Below the pieces are notes generated by a model. The model was not told where the DNA came from and ran no database searches. It was given only the letters and a program-made list of their open reading frames with translations. Below, in pieces: positions 53,964 through 59,184 of a DNA stretch of 59,184 nucleotides. Made by a program: the position numbers and the translations under genes. Source of the DNA: a virus (lineage: Duplodnaviria > Caudoviricetes); the IMG/VR virus record IMGVR_UViG_3300048762_000055, positions 1 through 59,184 of that record; one strand, given 5' to 3'. The number at the start of each line of letters is the position of its first letter. The first letter of the stretch is position 1.

Positions 53964-54605
53964 TCATGCTTTCGGCTTGCGGCGCACAAACACGCCTGGG
54001 CCAGCTTGTTTCCAATAACCGTAGATCGAGGCAGTCGAAACCTTGAGCTTCGCCGCGACCTTCGGCCCGCTCAGTCGCTTCTTGCCGTTGCGCCCGTTGA
54101 GATAATCCCCGACGAGCTTCACCCGTTCCGGCGTCATGTACAATTTGCGTCCCCACTTCCAATCCTTGCCGGCGCGTTCCTTGAGAACGGCGAGGCCAGC
54201 AGCCGTCCGTTCAGAAATAAGATCACGCTCAAAGCCGGCAATAGCACTGAGGATGCCGAAAAGCAGCCGCCCGACCGCCGTACCAACGTCGATGTTCTCG
54301 GTGAGGCTACGGAAGCCACAACCCTTCGCCAGCACACGGGCGAGCGTCTGGTAAAGCATCGGCGGGTTGCGCCCCATCCGGTCGAGCTTCCAGACGACGA
54401 ACGTATCGCCATCGCGCAAGTCCTTGATAGCCAACTCAAGCCGTGGTCGGCGGTCGTTGCCCCCGGATTTCTTTTCCACATGAATGTTGTCGTCATGAAC
54501 GCCTATCTTGTGGAAGGCTGAGATTTGCAGCGACAAGTTTTGATCTTCGCTCGATACGCGGGCGTAGGCGATAAATCGTGGTCCGATTGGCTGTTTTGAC
54601 GACAT
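53964..54605 (-). CDS. Small serine recombinase (resolvase/invertase family) with C-terminal HTH
   Basis: YARVSS..Q...Q, RP.L, GDTFVVWKLDRMGRN, FERDLISERT..GL, KVAAKLKVSTASIY. Confidence 0.95.
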   Translation of the reverse strand: MSSKQPIGPRFIAYARVSSEDQNLSLQISAFHKIGVHDDNIHVEKKSGGNDRRPRLELAIKDLRDGDTFVVWKLDRMGRNPPMLYQTLARVLAKGCGFRSLTENIDVGTAVGRLLFGILSAIAGFERDLISERTAAGLAVLKERAGKDWKWGRKLYMTPERVKLVGDYLNGRNGKKRLSGPKVAAKLKVSTASIYGYWKQAGPGVFVRRKPKA

Positions 54606-54633
54606 TCGCGAACACCTATCAATTTATCAAATA

Positions 54634-54663
54634 GCCGTAACGGCCACTTGACAAATTGTCAAG
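54634..54663. promoter_or_regulatory. Palindromes upstream of the recombinase (candidate res site / promoter)
   Basis: CTTGACAA-A-TTGTCAAG (54647-54663) and GCCGTAACGGC (54634-54644). Confidence 0.5.
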
Positions 54664-54695
54664 AGTGCGTTTATTTAGGCTCACAAAGGAGCCCG

Positions 54696-54935
54696 CTACC
54701 GGAACCCTCGGCTCTGGATCTTCCGCTTCGGTCCCTTCTGGAATCCCTTCGACTTGATCTTGACGCGTCGCCGCTTCGGATCACGGTTGCGGGCGATCCG
54801 TTTATTCTTCCGCGCTATCCCAAGGTCACTGTGCTGGCCGTGGAGGCCTCGCACGCGCGTCTCGATGTCGTGGTCGTCGGCGGCCAGATAGATGAGATGA
54901 TCGGCTGAGTTTGCCGGCGGGTCATAGCCGACATG
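54696..54935 (-). pseudogene. 3' fragment of a paralogue of the 55838-56311 HNH-like gene
   Basis: GYDPPANSADHLIYLAADDHDIETRVRGLHGQHSD aligns with GYRPDANDPNYLVYRLAVDHQIKTNVHGEHGQHPD; N-terminal half absent. Confidence 0.65.
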
Positions 54936-55220
54936 GACCGCAAAAGAACTGAAAAGGAAATGCGAGAAAGCTGTATTGCTCGTGATGTAACTGGCGGATC
55001 GTGCCAATACCCAGATTGCGGGTGCTTCGATGCCGCCGACTATTATGAAAGGCATCCAGAAGAATTAGAACTGGATGAGATAGAGGATTAGCCCAGTCAT
55101 TGGCTCAGTACGGTTTACCGCGTTCGCCATCATTAAATTCGCTTAGGCCGACAGCCGCAACGGCTAGAATTATCGCCACGATTCCCAATGCACTGAAAAT
55201 CAATTGCATGGCTTAATCTC

Positions 55221-55829
55221 CTATCGTTCGATGATCGGCACCATTGTCGCGAGCAATGACGGTGGGATCTGATTCGTTGCGATGCATGGAGGCGTTGGTT
55301 TGCTTGCCATGCACAAGTCGGATTCTTTTATCTTCGTCAGCAATGCACTGGCCGGCGCATTGAGCATTGACGTCACCTGCTCGTTTATTTTCTGAGTGAT
55401 GGTGTTGACCTCAGTCTGCATGGCGTCGGCCTGGGCGTTCTTTTGCTTCTTAGCCGTTGGGTCGGTTTCATTATCTGCGGCTCTACGAAGATCGGATAGT
55501 TGCTCTTGCCGATTTCCGAACATTTTAGTGATTAAATCCTGCCTCGCCTTCTCATAGACCTGCTGGACGGCATCGGCATGGTTGATGTCGATCGCGAAGG
55601 TCATTCGCGTGGCACCGTCGAATTGGTATGGGACCGTTATGCGCTTGCCTGGCACTGTGCGGCCGTCAGGTGTGACGGTTGGCGGCTCTTGGTAATCCCC
55701 GAGTTTACGTAGTGCGTCTGCGATGTTGATCACCTGCAGCACTGTGAGTTTGCCGGTGGCGTCCTGCTGGGCGATGGCTGGCGTTAGAGTTAATGCGAGC
55801 GTGGCGAAGGCGTATGCGGTATTCTTCAT
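55221..55829 (-). CDS. Helical protein with signal peptide
   Basis: MKNTAYAFATLALTLTPAIA|QQ; AGGA SD; two Cys near the C-terminus. Confidence 0.75.
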   Translation of the reverse strand: MKNTAYAFATLALTLTPAIAQQDATGKLTVLQVINIADALRKLGDYQEPPTVTPDGRTVPGKRITVPYQFDGATRMTFAIDINHADAVQQVYEKARQDLITKMFGNRQEQLSDLRRAADNETDPTAKKQKNAQADAMQTEVNTITQKINEQVTSMLNAPASALLTKIKESDLCMASKPTPPCIATNQIPPSLLATMVPIIER

Positions 55830-55837
55830 GTGGTTTC

Positions 55838-56311
55838 CTATTTAGATCGGTTCTGGATCTTGCGGGTGCCTTTTGGCGGCCATCGGTTTGCGGATTTAAT
55901 CTTCTGTTTTGGTCGTTCGCGGCGTGGTGTCTCGATGTGGCGCTGGCGTTTGATTAGCACGCGGTCTGGATGCTGGCCGTGTTCGCCGTGCACGTTGGTT
56001 TTTATCTGGTGGTCGACGGCTAGGCGGTAGACGAGATAATTTGGGTCGTTCGCGTCTGGTCGATAGCCGATGATCTCACCGCTATGCATGATCTTCTTGC
56101 GGGCACCGAGCGGCGGATCGTGGTCGAGTTGGACCTTAGCGTCTCCGAAAAGACATTCGAGAAGGAAGCCTATCCGGACTTTTGCGGCCGCAGGATATTT
56201 TGCAAGCGGCGACAGCGCGCGAACCGTTCCCTCGCGCAGAATAAGCTGGTGTCGCGCCACTTCGATACGGACTGCGAGCGGAATGTATGGCCTAACGAGT
56301 CTCACCGACAT
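55838..56311 (-). CDS. HNH-like nuclease
   Basis: QLDHDPPL...N...L...DHQIKT plus basic tail. Confidence 0.55.
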   Translation of the reverse strand: MSVRLVRPYIPLAVRIEVARHQLILREGTVRALSPLAKYPAAAKVRIGFLLECLFGDAKVQLDHDPPLGARKKIMHSGEIIGYRPDANDPNYLVYRLAVDHQIKTNVHGEHGQHPDRVLIKRQRHIETPRRERPKQKIKSANRWPPKGTRKIQNRSK

Positions 56312-56484
56312 TTCTCCAAACTCTCGCGTAGGGCCAAGGCAGTTATTTTCAACGAATCGATGCGTTGGTCGACATCATTGGTGGATTCTCCGCGGTCTGC
56401 TATTTGCGTGCGCACCTGCTTTTCGACGACGATATCGCGATCGATCCTGCGTAGGCGGTTCTCGATGCGATCCCGTGGCGTCAT
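56302..56484 (-). CDS. Small coiled-coil hypothetical protein
   Basis: TAATG overlap with the recT stop. Confidence 0.55.
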   Translation of the reverse strand: MTPRDRIENRLRRIDRDIVVEKQVRTQIADRGESTNDVDQRIDSLKITALALRESLEKCR

Positions 56485-57725
56485 TATTGGCCACGCAATT
56501 CGGCCGTTCGGGTTTCCAGTAGTTTTTCAAGATCACGGCGTGCCTTCATCGAGACGCTGAGTTCGTCGCGCATGTCGCGCTCGCTGTTCCATCGTGCTTC
56601 GATATTGTCGGCATTGTCGGCGGCTATAATCCAATCACGGGCGAATCCCCAATATTCGACGCCGGTCTTGGGTTGGCCGTTCGGTGCTGCTGCCTGCTCG
56701 AGCTCGGCCTTGCGCTGGATTGGGGATTTTGGGTCGGAAACTGGGGTTTTCGTCCCTTTCCGACCGTTTTCGACCTTTGGCTCCGGATTGGCCGTGGCTG
56801 CGTTGCTGGTGCGTTTTGCTCGCTTGGCTGCCCTTCTGCCCTGCTTTGGCTGCTCCGGCTCCTTGGCGGCCTTGGCTGCCTTCCCTGGCTTGGACTTATT
56901 GGCCTTGATCTCGATGGTTCCACCGGCAGCCACATTGGCGAGCTCGGCAATCGCCTGGCCCGGCTTATGGCCTTCGGTCCTGTCGGTTCCTTTGAGACGC
57001 TCGTGGAGGCTGGGGTCAACGTCGCTGACGGTAATGGCACCCTCGGGCCCGATCGGATGCTCGACGAATTCCTCGGGGGCGTAAATGCCAAGGGTCGCGG
57101 TGGGAGCAAACATGCGGATCCAATCGCGGCTGGTGTCGTAGAAAAGCTGGACGTCCGGCTTATCCGACCAAAGCGGAGAGCCCTTGATCTGTCCTCGATC
57201 ATTCTTGGCCGGCCGCGCGTCCTTGAGGGGCTGGGAGGTGTGAGTCCGTTCGATGCCATCGCTGCGCATCGTTCCCTTGACGGTGCAGGTGCGTTCGTCG
57301 CCTTCGCCTTGATAAGTGACCAATAGATCACCTTTGAGTTTGCCGGATTGCACCAGTAGGGCATGAAATAATTGGCTCTCAAAACATAGGCGATTATTCT
57401 GGACGTAAGTTTTATTCGCCACCATGTAAGGCGATAGACCAGCGCGGCTTGAAATGTCGAGCACCGCTAGACAGTCGCCAACATTGCCGCGGAGATGATC
57501 GGGGAGTGCGTTGCGGGCTTTGGCCATGAACTGCGCAAAGTCGATCTGCTGCTGCAGGTTTGCCGGCGCGGCGCCTGATGGTCCGACTGGTACGAGTTCG
57601 GCGCGGCGGGATAGCGGCGTGGCTGGCTGCTCTGGCTCGACGGTGGCGGTCACCGTCTCGACGGTCTGCTCATGCACAGGCTGGTCGACGTGCGTTTCGT
57701 GTTCGATGGTGGTTGTGTCAGTCAT
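56484..57725 (-). CDS. recT: RecT-family single-strand annealing protein
   Basis: PDHLRGNVGDCLAV, SPYMVANKTYV, SPLW..KPDVQL.Y, LGIYAPEE; paired with a RecE-like gene. Confidence 0.75.
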   Translation of the reverse strand: MTDTTTIEHETHVDQPVHEQTVETVTATVEPEQPATPLSRRAELVPVGPSGAAPANLQQQIDFAQFMAKARNALPDHLRGNVGDCLAVLDISSRAGLSPYMVANKTYVQNNRLCFESQLFHALLVQSGKLKGDLLVTYQGEGDERTCTVKGTMRSDGIERTHTSQPLKDARPAKNDRGQIKGSPLWSDKPDVQLFYDTSRDWIRMFAPTATLGIYAPEEFVEHPIGPEGAITVSDVDPSLHERLKGTDRTEGHKPGQAIAELANVAAGGTIEIKANKSKPGKAAKAAKEPEQPKQGRRAAKRAKRTSNAATANPEPKVENGRKGTKTPVSDPKSPIQRKAELEQAAAPNGQPKTGVEYWGFARDWIIAADNADNIEARWNSERDMRDELSVSMKARRDLEKLLETRTAELRGQ

Positions 57726-58225
57726 TGTTTTACTCGGCGGTTATGACGCTGCTGCATGGCGGTGGCCCATCGGCAATTCGTCGGTTCATAGTTTCCATAT
57801 GGATCGGGATAGCGATCAAGTGAGAGGTTAAGCGATGGTTTTCTGCCCATATCAGCTAGAAAATTATCGAAAGACTCTAACCATCGGTCGCATACTTTAA
57901 TGCCTGAACCACCGTACAATCTCCAAGCACTGTGATTTGGATTTGAGCAGCGAGACCGCATCTGAGCCCAAGCCTCATATTCAACTGTCTTGCCACCTTC
58001 CCCGTGCTTAAGATTGGCGCGCCCCCTCTCGACTTCTTTTTCAACACGGAAGCATCCACAGGATCTTGTTGGTCCTGTTTTATGGAGAAGTCTATTTGAT
58101 GAGAGGGTTATTTTCTCACCGCAATTGCAGAGGCAATTCCAGTAGGTTCGACCTTTTCTAGGCCCGTCATAATTTATGACAGTTAGTCGACCGAATGTTC
58201 TTCCTGTTAACTCTACTCGGCGCAT
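57722..58225 (-). CDS. Free-standing HNH-type homing endonuclease
   Basis: GRTFGRLTV, WNCLCNCG, W..MRSRC.NPN, YGG.GIKVCDRW, SLDR...GNYEP.NCRWAT. Confidence 0.85.
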   Translation of the reverse strand: MRRVELTGRTFGRLTVINYDGPRKGRTYWNCLCNCGEKITLSSNRLLHKTGPTRSCGCFRVEKEVERGRANLKHGEGGKTVEYEAWAQMRSRCSNPNHSAWRLYGGSGIKVCDRWLESFDNFLADMGRKPSLNLSLDRYPDPYGNYEPTNCRWATAMQQRHNRRVKQ

Positions 58226-59166
58226 TATCGAACCCTCATAATCTCGATTTTTTCATCGATATCTTTCTGCGCCCGTTCGCTTAATTCAAAATACTCGGCA
58301 TCTTCTCGATCACCTCCTGGTCCAGGCCAATGATCGTCTTTCAAACATTTCGCAAATATTTCTAATGCTACTTTGTTTTGTTTCTCGCCTCGTTCGAGGT
58401 CGCTATCTTTTAGTGTCACAATCCTATTGCAATAGGGAATTTTTTTTTCGACAAAAACAAGCGTGAAGGTTGGGTTGGCGATTTTAAGCAATGTGCGAGC
58501 AGCCTGCCGAACCAATGCTCCTTGCTGTACATAGCCACGGTCAGTGACTGTGCGCAGCAGATCATTCCACATGACGCTTTGACACGTCTTTAGATCAACA
58601 AAGTCTCCACTGTCGCCCGGTATTGAATCCGGCCGCGATTTCAACCAGATTCCTGTTTCTGTAGATTTCCAAAAAAATGACCGCTCGATCAGCCCATTGA
58701 GCGCGCCGGCCTGCACCAGCGGATTGTGTTCGAGCGAGATCACCATATTGCGGATTGAGATTACGTCCGCCTTGGTGAGTACCGCGCGGCCTTCCTTGGT
58801 GCGCGCGGCGTTCCATTGGCGGCAGACGTTTCGATTATTGTGCCACGGTTTAAGCACGCCATCGTCGTCTGGCCATTCGGTCGGCTGAATGGCGAACAGT
58901 TTGGAGAAAAATTGCTCCCCGAGCATCAGGTGATGGACGGCCCGTCCGACTCTGAAATGGGAAGCATCTTCTGGCTCGATGGCCTTCGGATTGCCGCGCC
59001 ATTGGCAATAGAAATGCGCCGGGCTCTCGTTGAATATTTTGCGCAATCCACTCGATGAAATGCTCGGGCCGTCGCAGATATTGTACGCGTGATAAGCCTC
59101 TAGGCTCATGTTCGAGTAGATGCCTGGAACGGAAATTTGCTCGCCTGACCATTTTATTGACTTCAT
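58225..59166 (-). CDS. RecE/exonuclease VIII-like PD-(D/E)XK nuclease (DUF3799-like)
   Basis: PGIY...YH, SSSGL, GRAVH, ERSFFW, KSRPD, VDLKT, Y.QQ, FVEK..PY. Confidence 0.85.
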   Translation of the reverse strand: MKSIKWSGEQISVPGIYSNMSLEAYHAYNICDGPSISSSGLRKIFNESPAHFYCQWRGNPKAIEPEDASHFRVGRAVHHLMLGEQFFSKLFAIQPTEWPDDDGVLKPWHNNRNVCRQWNAARTKEGRAVLTKADVISIRNMVISLEHNPLVQAGALNGLIERSFFWKSTETGIWLKSRPDSIPGDSGDFVDLKTCQSVMWNDLLRTVTDRGYVQQGALVRQAARTLLKIANPTFTLVFVEKKIPYCNRIVTLKDSDLERGEKQNKVALEIFAKCLKDDHWPGPGGDREDAEYFELSERAQKDIDEKIEIMRVR

Positions 59167-59184
59167 GCTTATCCGGTTTAGACG
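59066..59184. repeat. Terminal direct repeat, copy 2 (circular overlap)
   Basis: Identical to 126-244. Confidence 0.95.

Noticed and set aside
53964-54605. Integrase implying a classical prophage
   Set aside because: Only 213 aa, with no large-serine recombinase or Zn-ribbon domains; no att-flanked host DNA in the window
1-59184. tRNA, rRNA or group I/II introns
   Set aside because: No cloverleaf or rRNA signatures noticed, and interrupted genes stay in frame with intein termini; a tRNAscan/Infernal run is needed to exclude them formally

Overview
The window looks like a complete, circularly permuted dsDNA phage genome of about 58,940 bp. Bases 126-244 repeat 59066-59184 exactly (119 bp), and bases 1-127 are an extra copy of 1027-1153. 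Gene content points to a podovirus-type virion: P22-like portal, scaffold, N4-gp56/DUF4043-like capsid, adaptor/nozzle, ejection proteins, tail fibre and tailspike, and no tape measure protein. The host is probably an alphaproteobacterium of the Hyphomicrobiales (GcrA, GapR-like, DUF3309 and Rhizobiales-type CHAP-like genes). Other modules are RecE/RecT-like recombination, a Cro-like regulator with a repeated operator, RusA, SF2 helicase, DEDDh exonuclease, a DNA methyltransferase, a three-enzyme lysis region and a small serine recombinase. I found no integrase, CI repressor, DNA polymerase, primase, tRNA or CRISPR array. Four features stand out. (1) There are five inteins, and two of them carry their putative endonuclease as a separate overlapping gene: an HNH in the -1 frame inside terminase intein 2 and an antisense HTH-HTH-Vsr/DUF559-like gene inside the portal intein. 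(2) Several probable virion proteins, including the tailspike and two capsid-region paralogues, have Sec-type signal peptides and paired cysteines. (3) A transposase-less tandem cassette array built from IS1595/ISNwi-like ends carries a methyltransferase and a nuclease. (4) A hairpin-dense 390-nt region precedes the capsid gene. All family assignments come from motif recognition by eye; no searches were run.
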